Below are positions 39,208 through 48,619 of a stretch of 64,000 bases of DNA, piece after piece (within the stretch, counting starts at the first letter, position 1; the number at the start of each line of letters is the position of its first letter). The stretch spans positions 6,112,001 to 6,176,000 of the forward strand of contig CM000152.2 of assembly GCA_000004695.1 (NCBI GenBank), written 5' to 3'. This stretch comes from Dictyostelium discoideum. Its lineage: Eukaryota. The notes below the pieces were generated by a model. That model was not told where the DNA came from. It searched no databases and saw only the letters and a list, made by a program, of their open reading frames with translations. A program made the position numbers and the translations under genes.

Positions 39208-40251
39208 TTAATAACAAATAATAATAAAAAATATAAAAACAGTAATAATTTTAACAATTTGACCTTTGAATAAAAATGATAATGAAGAAGAAGAAGAAGA
39301 AGAAGAAGAAGTTGATGATTCACTATTTATTTCAGATAATGGTGAGCAAATTGAATTTTTTGAATTGGAATTTGCTGCTTTCTCTAATGAAAGTGAAAAA
39401 TCAGCATTGAAAATTAGACTTGATTGATAAAAAGGAACCGAAATACCAATATATGATTCCACATTATTTGCTTTGGAATTAAAATCAGTAGGATATAAAC
39501 TATTTACTATTGTTGGATAGTTTTCACCATCAGCCAAACAATTTATTGGGAATCTACCTAAAAGAGTATTGTTTGAAACTTGAAGTCTAACATATCTAGA
39601 ATCATCTGGTTCTATTGTATAACCAAATTCTTTACTTGAGCAAATAGGATTATTGGTTTCATTTAATTGGACTTGAACTTTAAATATAATTTGTAAAACA
39701 TTTAAATGGCCTCCAAAAGCAAATGGAGAGAGATTAACTGAATATTTTATTTTTGAAAATTCTTGATCTTCAATTAATTCTTGTATTACATTAACTGTTG
39801 TTGTTACACCACCTTTTTCAATTGTTGTTTGATAATTTAAAATTTTATATATTGAACTACCTGATATTCTCTGAATATTAAGATTATAACTAGTCACTGT
39901 TTCACCATAAACATCAAGTTCTCTGATTTCAGTTAATAAAATAACATATGGCGTTGTTGTTGGTGTTGGTGTTGTTGTTGGTGTTGGTGTTGGTGTTGGT
40001 GTTGGTGTTGGTGTTGGTGTTGGTGTTGGTATAATTATAACTATTGAAGTACAATCAATGCCTGTATAAGGTGTATAACAAATACAACCAATATTTTCTT
40101 TACAATAACCTTGTTCTGGTCCACCACATATTGGATTACCTCGACAATTTTGAAGTGAATTGGTTGGAGTTGTTGTTGGTGTTGGTCCTTGACCTCTAAT
40201 TAAAATAAAACAAAAGAAAAAAATAAAAAGGGTGGATAATCTGTAAAACAT
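39208..40251 (-). CDS. Copy B: short single-exon paralog of the EGF-like membrane glycoprotein family (signal peptide, TP linker, EGF-like Cys motif, domain, TM), 347 aa
   Basis: 'MFYRLSTLFIFFFCFILIRG' signal peptide. 'CRGNPICGGPEQGYCKENIGCICYTPYTGIDC'. (TP)n linker from a coding (ccaacaccaaca)n repeat. '...FLFKGQIVKIITVFIFFIIICY' TM helix. Homologous to the C-terminal half of copy F. Confidence 0.7.
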   Translation of the reverse strand: MFYRLSTLFIFFFCFILIRGQGPTPTTTPTNSLQNCRGNPICGGPEQGYCKENIGCICYTPYTGIDCTSIVIIIPTPTPTPTPTPTPTPTPTTTPTPTTTPYVILLTEIRELDVYGETVTSYNLNIQRISGSSIYKILNYQTTIEKGGVTTTVNVIQELIEDQEFSKIKYSVNLSPFAFGGHLNVLQIIFKVQVQLNETNNPICSSKEFGYTIEPDDSRYVRLQVSNNTLLGRFPINCLADGENYPTIVNSLYPTDFNSKANNVESYIGISVPFYQSSLIFNADFSLSLEKAANSNSKNSICSPLSEINSESSTSSSSSSSSSLSFLFKGQIVKIITVFIFFIIICY

Positions 40252-40557
40252 TTTTTTTTTTTTAACATAAAAAATAAAAATAAAAAAAAAAAAAAATTGA
40301 AAAACAAAAGTATTGAATAAAAAAAAGAAGTTTTCTTTTTGTTTTTTTTTTTGAATTTTTTTTTTTAGAATTTGCATTTTTTTCTAAGGGGAGCTTCATA
40401 GAAAATAAAAAATTAAAAGTAAAAAAAAAAAGAGGCGACAACCCACCAGCACTGCATAAAATTACTTTTCTCCACTTAAATGCTGAAATTATTACACCAA
40501 ACACCTTAATTTTTTCACAAAGAAGATATTTTAGAATTTGAAAGAATATTTAGATAT

Positions 40558-40607
<50 letters not shown>

Positions 40608-40993
40608 AAGGTGTAAATAATGGTAGTTAATTAAATTAATTTTTTTTATTTTATATTTTTTTCATTTAATTATACACTTATATTTTTTTTTTTCAGTTTT
40701 AAAAATTTTTAGTTCTAATTATTTGAATCTTTTAATCCAAAAAATAAAAGAAGTCTTGTTATTTTTTAAAAAAAAAAAAAAAAAAAAATCCCAATCAACT
40801 GCACTTAAATCAAATAATGGTTAATTCTATACCATTTACAAAAACAATTAAAAAACTTATTTCAAAAAAAAAAAAGATAATATTTTAAATTAATAATTAC
40901 TAATAATAAAATTAAAAATAAAAATAAAAATAATAATAGTTTTTTTTTTATTTTTTTTTATTTTTTTTTGCCTTTTTATTTAATTGTTCACAA

Positions 40994-42040
40994 TTAACAA
41001 ATAATTATTAAAAATATAAAAACAGTAATAATTTTAACAAATTGACCTTTGAATAAAAATGATGATAATGAAGAAGAAGAAGAAGAAGAAGTTAATGACG
41101 ATTCACTATTTTCAGATAATGATGAGGATGGAGATGAACTAGATTGTGATTCTTCAGATGGTGAGCAAACTGAATTTGGTGAATTAGAATTTGCTGCTTT
41201 CCCTAGTGAAAATGAAAAATCAGAATCAAAAATTATCCATGATTGATAATTAGGAATTGAAATACCAATATGTGATTCCACATTATTGGCTTTGGATTTC
41301 AAATCGCCAGAATCTAAACTAATTGATGATGTTGATATGATTTTAGCATCAGCGAAACAACTATTTGGGAATCTACTTAAAAGAGTACTATTTGCAACTT
41401 GAAGTCTAACATAGCTAGAATCATCTGGTTGTGTTGTAAAAGCATATTCTTTACTCGAGCAAATAGTCGTATTACTAGTTTCATTTAATTGAACTTGTAC
41501 TTTAAATATAATTTGTAAAACATTTAAAGCACTTTGAAAAGCATATTGTGAGAGATTAACTGAATATTTTATTTTTGTTAATTCTTGATCTTCAAGTAAT
41601 TCTTTTGTTACATTAACTCTTGTTGTTACACCACCTTGTAGAATTGTTGTTTGATAATATGATATATTGTTTAAATTTCCTATTATTCCCCAATTAGTAA
41701 GAATATGACTAGTCACTGTTTTACCATCAAAATCAAGTTCTCTGATTTCAGTTATTAAAATAACATATTCACTATTACTATCATCATCGATTTCAGTGTT
41801 TGGTGCCTCTTGTGATGATATTGGTGTTGGTATAATTATAACTTTTGAAGTACAATCTAAACCTACATAAGGTGAATAACAAACACAACTATTTTCGAAA
41901 CAATAACCTTGTTCTGGTCCACCACATATTGGATTACCTTGACAATTTTGAAGTGAATCAGTTGGCGTTGTTGTTGGTGTTGCTTTAATTAAAACAAAAT
42001 AAAAGAAAAAAATAAAAAGGAAGGATAATCTGGAAACCAT
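40994..42040 (-). CDS. Copy C: second short single-exon paralog of the same family, 348 aa
   Basis: 'MVSRLSFLFIFFFYFVLIKA' signal peptide. 'CQGNPICGGPEQGYCFENSCVCYSPYVGLDC'. Ser-rich stalk and a TM helix. About 60% identical to copy B by eye. Confidence 0.7.
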   Translation of the reverse strand: MVSRLSFLFIFFFYFVLIKATPTTTPTDSLQNCQGNPICGGPEQGYCFENSCVCYSPYVGLDCTSKVIIIPTPISSQEAPNTEIDDDSNSEYVILITEIRELDFDGKTVTSHILTNWGIIGNLNNISYYQTTILQGGVTTRVNVTKELLEDQELTKIKYSVNLSQYAFQSALNVLQIIFKVQVQLNETSNTTICSSKEYAFTTQPDDSSYVRLQVANSTLLSRFPNSCFADAKIISTSSISLDSGDLKSKANNVESHIGISIPNYQSWIIFDSDFSFSLGKAANSNSPNSVCSPSEESQSSSSPSSSLSENSESSLTSSSSSSSLSSFLFKGQFVKIITVFIFLIIIC

Positions 42041-43211
42041 TTTCTTTTTTTTTTTTCTCTAAAAAACATAAAAAAAAAAAAAAATAGAAATTGTATAAAA
42101 AAAAAAGTTAAAAAAACAACATTGAAGATAAAAAAAAAAAATTACGAGTTTCCTTTTTGTTGATTTTTTTTTTTTTTTTTTTTCTTTTTTCTTTTTTACA
42201 GAAATTGCTTTTTTTTAAAAAAAGGATTTTTACTGAGATATTTTTTTTTTTTTTATCTTCATCAATGCTGGTTTTTAAAAAAAAAAAAAAATAAAAAAAA
42301 AAAATAAAAAAAAAAAAAAAAAAATTAAAAATCAATTAATAGAAATTTTAAATTTCATTAAAAAAAAACTTTTCAAATTTCAATTGATTTTTGATAATAT
42401 CCCCCTCCCAATCAAAGTTTAATTCAACTGTTGAAAAAAAAAAAAAACCCAGATTTTTTATTTTATGAGAATAAATATCTATAGGAGAAGCAACTAACAA
42501 TTTCATTTATTAAAATCAATAAAAAAAATAAAATATACAAAAACTAAAATTTATTTATTTATTCTCTTCATTATTTATTTATTTATTTTTTTTTTTTTTT
42601 ATTCAGAATTCTTTCTTGGTTCTTTTTTTCTTTAATCAACGAGGCTTGTTTGATTGTTTGAAGGTTTTATAAACAAAAATTCTTAGACCAATAGATTTTG
42701 TGAATAATTTTTCCAACAACTATAACCATAGTTATATTATTTTAATTTTATTCTAATTAATTATTATTTTCTTTTTAATTAAATTATTTTTAAATTTATA
42801 TTATTATTTTATATGGTGATTTTGTGTGTGTGACATTTTTAATATCTGGTATCTAATATCTATTGTGAAAACCTTGTGAAATTAAAATTAAAATATTTTT
42901 TTTTTTTTTTTTTTTTTAATTACAACGGGAGAAAACCCCTTTAAACAAAACAATAAAACAAATTATTATTATTTTCTGAATTATGTGTGTTATAATAAAA
43001 TGTTGAAACAAAACTATATTCTAAATTATTATTATTTATTTTTGAATTGTTATTATTTAGTTGTGTTTAGTGAGTTTATTATATAAAATGAAACAATTTA
43101 TTAAAATAAATTAAGTTAGTAATAATTAATATTGAATTATTAATTCAATATTAATAGTTATTTTTAAATGTTCTGTTTAGAGCATTTCATGAAATTAAAT
43201 AAATGTTAGTA

Positions 43212-43891
43212 TTAACAAGATATTTTTGAGATCTTGTTACAATCCCAAATTGCAAAGCTGAAAACTGAGTTTAAAATACTATCTTGATTAAATAGATTAT
43301 AAAAATCACTATCTTGAAATGTTTTTGGATCGATTAATGTAAAACCAATTGGTAAATTCAGGTATTTATCTATATTATTAAAATTAAAATATATTATATT
43401 ATCAACTATTAGATCTGTAATATCTACATCATTAAACATAAAAGAAATATCTTTTTAATCTTTTAAATTATCAACACCTATAGATTATTTAATTTTTTTT
43501 AATTATTTAATTAGTTGGTAAATTATATTAAAATTTTCAATTTTTTTGATTTAACTTACTTTTTAATTGTATTGATGATAAAATTACTTGAATATTATGT
43601 GAATAAATGGAGCCTTCTCGATTTGGACTATAAAGTGAAAATGCATCTAAATGATTAAAAAAACCATCTGGTTATTTGTTGAACCATATTTAACGGCATC
43701 GTATAATATTTCAAAAACACCATTTTTAATATTACCAGGAACCAATGACTCTACATGAAATTCCAAAACATTATTATCAATAATTTATACCATATGTATC
43801 TAATATTATAAATCTAATAAAATAATAGAAATTACTTAAATATATGGTTTCATATGATTTTAAGATTGGTATAGTAGCGTCATTGACTATA
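43212..43891 (-). pseudogene. Copy D fragment of the family (part of the penultimate exon plus the start of the large exon), truncated at both ends by insertions
   Basis: The ORF at 43212-43439 'MFNDVDITDLIVDNIIYFNFNNIDKYLNLPIGFTLIDPKTFQDSDF...' aligns to F 50900-51145. 43560-43890 aligns to F 51300-51620. Homology to F stops at 43246 on the downstream side and at the TIR element (43892) on the upstream side. Confidence 0.65.
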
Positions 43892-44095
43892 TGTCCCATG
43901 CCAAAATTACCATATTAATTTCAGCAGCCATATTAATTTTGGCATGGGACTTAGGTCTGCCAAAATTACCTTATTAATTTCAGCAGCCATATTAATTTCA
44001 GCATGTACATAGCTGCCAAAATTAATATGGTAATTTTGGCATAGAAAAAAAAAAAGTCAAAGTCATTTAATTAATAATCATCTCAAATATAAACA
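43892..44095. repeat. Left terminal inverted repeat of the element (hairpin-rich; about 2.5 copies of a ~45-bp 'ccaaaattacc(a/t)tattaatttcagcagccatattaatt' unit)
   Basis: Read directly from the sequence. It pairs with 45841-46080. Confidence 0.75.
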
Positions 44096-44397
44096 AAATT
44101 TTAGTACTAAAATTAATATTATTATTATTTTTATTTTAATAATTATAATAATAAAAAAAAAAAAAAAAAATTTTCATATTATTTTATTTATATCTTTTAT
44201 TTATTTTTATCTTTTTATTTTTATTATTAATTTTATAATTTATTTTCATTTCTTTTTTTTTTAGTTGAAAAAAATTTTTTTATTATTCATTTATTTCTAA
44301 GGCTAACAAAAAAAAAAAATTAAAAATAAAAAAAAAAAATAAAATAAAAAAAAAAAAAAAAAAATTAAAATAATTTTTTTTTTTTAATTTTTTTTTT

Positions 44398-44934
44398 TTA
44401 ATTATCTACTCTTCTACTTACTCTTTTGTTACTAACAGATGAAGTTTCGTTTGAAAATCTTTTGGTGAAAAAATCAGCATCAGATTGTAATTGATTAGCT
44501 CTTTTTTTACCCGTTTTGTTTTTGTTTGATTGAGTTGTGATTCCACCATTATTGGAAGTTGTTGCAGCTTCATGTGTTGATCTAACTTCGGTGGTAGAGT
44601 GCTCGATTGCTTTTCCAACTAGGTCATCTGTTGATTTTCTTTTGGTTATTTCGATATCCCTTTGCAATTTATTTTTACTTGAGAGTTTGGTGGCCTCTAT
44701 TCTAGAAGTAGGCTCAGTATTGTAATAAGCCTTTATAATAGCAGAATGACTATCTGCTTTATAATGATTACTGATGTGCTGTTGACACTGGTTTTGATTA
44801 ATCATATGAGAGACACCATCTTCATCTTTGTTAAGCCTAACCTTCTCTATAATCTTCACTAAGTCTTTTGGGTACCAATTTTTTCTTTTTATCTTTATCA
44901 ATATAAAACACTTCTTTAATAGTTGCCGTACCAT
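44398..44934 (-). CDS. Element-internal ORF (178 aa), function unknown. It overlaps out of frame an upstream 75-aa ORF (44837-45064) across an A-rich slippery tract
   Basis: 'MVRQLLKKCFILIKIKRKNWYPKDLVKIIEKVRLNKDEDGVSHMINQNQCQQHIS...KRVSRRVDN*'. The codons are noticeably GC-richer at third positions than surrounding genes (gcc acc ctc cag cac atc gag). No DDE or other transposase motif was recognised. Confidence 0.35.
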   Translation of the reverse strand: MVRQLLKKCFILIKIKRKNWYPKDLVKIIEKVRLNKDEDGVSHMINQNQCQQHISNHYKADSHSAIIKAYYNTEPTSRIEATKLSSKNKLQRDIEITKRKSTDDLVGKAIEHSTTEVRSTHEAATTSNNGGITTQSNKNKTGKKRANQLQSDADFFTKRFSNETSSVSNKRVSRRVDN

Positions 44935-45362
44935 ATTCTACATTCTCAACAACATACTGTTTATCCAAAATGTTTTTCCAATAGCTTGTATTTTGTCCAC
45001 TCAATTTGGTATTATGAAATTTATAATCTATTTTAAATTTTACATCTTCGTCATATTTTTCCAAGAGTTTTTTTAATTTATTTTTATTATTTTTTCAATT
45101 TCTGTTGCAGAAAGTTGATTATTTAATTTATTGTCTTTACTGAAGACCATTTTTTGGAACGAAAACTTTAAAAAAATAAAAAAATAAAAAAAAAAATACT
45201 TTTTTTTTTTAATTTTTTTTTTTATATTTTTTTTTTTATATTTTTTTTTTTTAAATTTTTTTTTTTAATTTTTTTTTTTTATTTTATTTTTTTAAAGTTT
45301 CGAACAATTATATATAAAAAAAAAGTAAAAGATATCCCTTCGGTTAATTAAATAATAGTAAT

Positions 45363-45406
<44 letters not shown>

Positions 45407-45408
45407 TA

Positions 45409-45505
<97 letters not shown>

Positions 45506-45840
45506 CTTAAATATACAAAAAAAAAATAAAAAAATAAAAAAATAAAAAAAATAAAAAAAAAAAAATAGAATGAAATGAAATAAAATAAAATAAAAAAAAG
45601 AAATACAGAATTTCTTTAAAGAAACTTATTTCGAAATTGTTTAAACAATCATACAGTTTAAAATTAAATAAATTGTTTTAAACCACCACTTTTTTTGAAC
45701 ACATGAAAATAAATAAGAAATAAAAATAAAAAGATAAAAAAAGATTTTTTTTTTTTTTTTTATTTTATAATTATTCTTGTCGTCAGTATTGTTACTATAA
45801 TTAATCCCATGAGTTTTTTTTTATTATTATTTTTAATTCT

Positions 45841-46080
45841 TTTATATTTGAGATGATTATTATTAATTAAATGACTTTGAGTTTTTTTTTTTATTTTTCT
45901 ATGCCCAAAATTACCATATTAATTTCAGCAGCCATATTAATTTCAGCCTAAAATAGTTGGTCTGTGCATGCCAAAATTAATATGGCTGCTGAAATTAATA
46001 TGGTAATTCTAGCAGACATAAGTCCCATGCCAAAATTACCATATTAATTTCAGCAGCCATATTAATTTTGGCATGGGACA
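45841..46080. repeat. Right terminal inverted repeat of the element
   Basis: Reverse complement of 43892-44095 with a few substitutions. Confidence 0.75.
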
Positions 46081-46339
46081 ACTATACTCGAAGGTGTCAC
46101 TTGTGACTTTAGATAGAAACATTTGAAAATATAGTAAAAATGGATAAAAAAAAAAGAAAATAAAATAATTAAAAAAAAACCAAATAATAAAAAGTTTCAT
46201 TCAATATATATATATTTTTTTAGTATTTATTTTATTTTAATAAAATATGTTAAAAATTATAATGTTTCAATTTTTAATATATTTATTATTTTTTTTTTAT
46301 TATTTTTTATTTTATTTTTTAATATATTTTGTTGTAGGG

Positions 46340-46935
46340 AATTTTTTTTGATATTTCGCTTTCTAAACGGCAGTGAATTTTTACACTAAAATACACTATT
46401 TATACATAGTGTAAAAATTCACTAAAAATTTTTTTTTTTTTTTATAAATTAAAAACAATTTATTTAATCAAAATAATAAAAAAACTAATTTTGAACAATT
46501 ATTTGTTGTTTAAGAATTAAATAACAATTTAAATTGTTAGATTTGAGCCAATTTTTTTTATTTTTTTTATTTTTTTATTTTTTTTTTAATAATTTATAAA
46601 ATGGCATTGCAAACTTTTATTAAAATTTAATTGTGAGAAATTTTACTATTGTAATTTCACGGGAAAAAAAAACCTAGTAAAATGTTAAAATATAATTAAT
46701 TAAATTAAATTTTAATAAAAGTTTGTAATGCTAAATTTGAGAGTCATCTTACTCTCAAATTATTTAAATAATTTAATTTGAGAGTCATCTTACTCTCAAA
46801 TTATTTAAATAAATTTTTTATTTTTTTATTTTTTTTTTAATAATTTTTAAATAAATTGTTATTTAATTTTTATTAATTTATTTAAATAATTTGAGAGTCA
46901 TCTTACTCTCAAATTATTTAAAATACATACTTGTA
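46340..46935. repeat. Cluster of palindromes and hairpin repeats next to the element and the 5' exons of family copy E
   Basis: A 17-bp-stem hairpin 'agtgaatttttacacta...tagtgtaaaaattcact' lies at 46370-46420. A 25-bp inverted repeat 'gcattgcaaacttttattaaaattt' / 'aaattttaataaaagtttgtaatgc' lies at 46604-46632 / 46707-46735. Three copies of a ~38-bp unit 'aatttgagagtcatcttactctcaaattatttaaataa' lie at 46733-46771, 46772-46813 and 46886-46925. Each unit holds an 8-bp-stem hairpin (tttgagag...ctctcaaa). Confidence 0.7.
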
Positions 46936-46939
46936 TAGT

Positions 46940-47686
46940 TTATAAAAATTGGAATACCTTGATAAGTTGTATCATTTATTTGTTCATAAAGAGAATAATT
47001 TTGTAAACCAGCGTTTAAAACCGAAAGGTAACTAATGTATGTCATATTACCCTATTGATCAAGATATAGGACTTGGTAAAGTTGAAATTATTTGGTCACT
47101 TAAAAAAATCAATGGATTAATTGGTCTTTGTAATGATGATATTGATTTAAGTTTTATAACACTTCCCAAAAATAAATTAGTTTCGCAATGGCCATCATTT
47201 GGGAATTGGATTAATTCTACAATTTCTCCATTCTTATTACTATTTTTATATTATTTTAAATTAATACAAACTATATTAATAAAATGAATTTTTTAAAAAA
47301 AAAAATAAAAAAAAGCTTTTTTTTTTCTGGAATTGTTTAAAAAATCAATTTTATAAAAAATTATAAAAGTAATAAAATCTTATTTGTTATATTATATGGT
47401 ACTGAAATATTGACCAGAATTATTAAAAGATATTTCCCAATTAGAGTTTGATAATCTTGGAATATAAAAATTTTCATAATATCGAATTCTATAATAATTT
47501 TTACCAAGTGATACTAAATCAAATGAATAATAACTATCAATAGTATTAATTCTAGTTGAATCTAAAAAACCATTTAGTTTAACAATTGATGAAAATTTAT
47601 TAACTATACTCCATGTTACTTGTATTATTTCAATATTAAAATAGTAATAATAATAATGGTAATAAACAATTGTATTAGTTGTTTTG

Positions 47687-47729
<43 letters not shown>

Positions 47730-48110
47730 AAGAGATTTATAATTACTTTTACATTCATAATTAAATAAAAATGAACCTTTTGAATATCATTGTTTACAAA
47801 AAAGGTTGTTGAATAGTTTGAAAAATTAAGAACATAAAAAAGTTGATGAAGTTATATTTACTTCTATAAAAAAACAAGACATATTGTCACCATCTAATGT
47901 TTGTATAGAATCTGTAGTTTCATTTATTTTTTGAACTAAAAATAAAAGATTGTATGCCGGACAATATGCATTTGGTGTTAATTCTGGATAAAATATATTT
48001 ATTCTATCTAAATAAGTTATTGAATAATTTAGTCCTTTTATTAATAAAATAAATGATTATATTAAAAGGTTGATAATTCCAAGTTTAACCATTTTAAAAG
48101 TAGAATTGTT
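46940..48110 (-). pseudogene. Copy E: 5' exons of a family member (signal exon with premature stop, exon 2, exon 3); probably the 5' part of the disrupted copy D gene
   Basis: The signal exon 'MVKLGIINLLI*SFILLIKGLNYSITYLDRINIFYPE...' ends near 48107. The exon-2 type lies at 47400-47650 and the exon-3 type at 46940-47290, homologous to F 52493-52768 and 52079-52396. The plus-strand ORF 47039-47287 is the antisense of exon 3. Confidence 0.5.
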
Positions 48111-48372
48111 TAATGTTTTTTTTGTTTTAAATTCGACCCGAGAGGAATTTTAAAATTTGTGAAAAAAATTTTTGGGGAAAAAAAAAAAAAAAATTTAATC
48201 GTAAATCCAAATGCTCAAATTTTTAAATTCCATCAAGCCAAACTTCGAACAAAAAAAAAATAGGATTTTTTTTTCTAAAAATAAAGATATTTTTTGGGCG
48301 TGAAATAGATAATTAAGTCTAATAGTCATTTTTTTTTTTTATTAATAATAAAAATTTTTTAATTGAATTTTT

Positions 48373-48419
<47 letters not shown>

Positions 48420-48619
48420 AGGAATATTCAATAAAACAATCAATTTAAAGAATAAAAAAAAAAAAATAAAAAAAAAAAAAAACAAAAAAAAGAGAATAAT
48501 TTTTGTCTGTTTGTAAAGGATTTATTTATTTATTTATTTTTTATCAATAAAATAAATAAAAAAAAAAAAAAAGAATAATTTTTGGTTTGCAAAGGATTTA
48601 TTCGTTTTTTTCTTTTTTA

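Larger units (their letters stand above)
43892..46080. mobile_element. ~2.2-kb element with ~200-bp terminal inverted repeats, inserted into an exon of family copy D; class-II (TIR) transposon-like
   Basis: Both termini read 5'-TGTCCCATGCCAAAATTACCATATTAATTTCAGCAGCCATATTAATTTTGGCATGGGACA. This is itself a 17-bp-stem palindrome, present at 43892-43956 and as its reverse complement at 46021-46080. It is followed inward by further inverted-repeat blocks: 43957-44095 pairs with 45841-46020, including 'gtcaaagtcatttaattaataatcatctcaaatataaa'. A 6-bp direct repeat ACTATA lies at 43886-43891 and at 46081-46086, the insertion point expected from the uninterrupted copy F. An interrupted paralog exon continues on both sides. 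Confidence 0.7.

Noticed and set aside
46733-46925. Possible CRISPR-like array (three identical 38-bp palindromic repeats)
   Set aside because: The genome is eukaryotic. There are only three irregularly spaced copies (0-, 0- and 72-bp gaps), no unique spacers and no cas genes. I treat it as a hairpin or MITE-type repeat.
47039-47287. Plus-strand 82-aa ORF, conserved with a second copy at 52183-52431
   Set aside because: Both are the antisense of a conserved minus-strand exon (exon 3) of the membrane-glycoprotein family. The conservation comes from the coding strand opposite.
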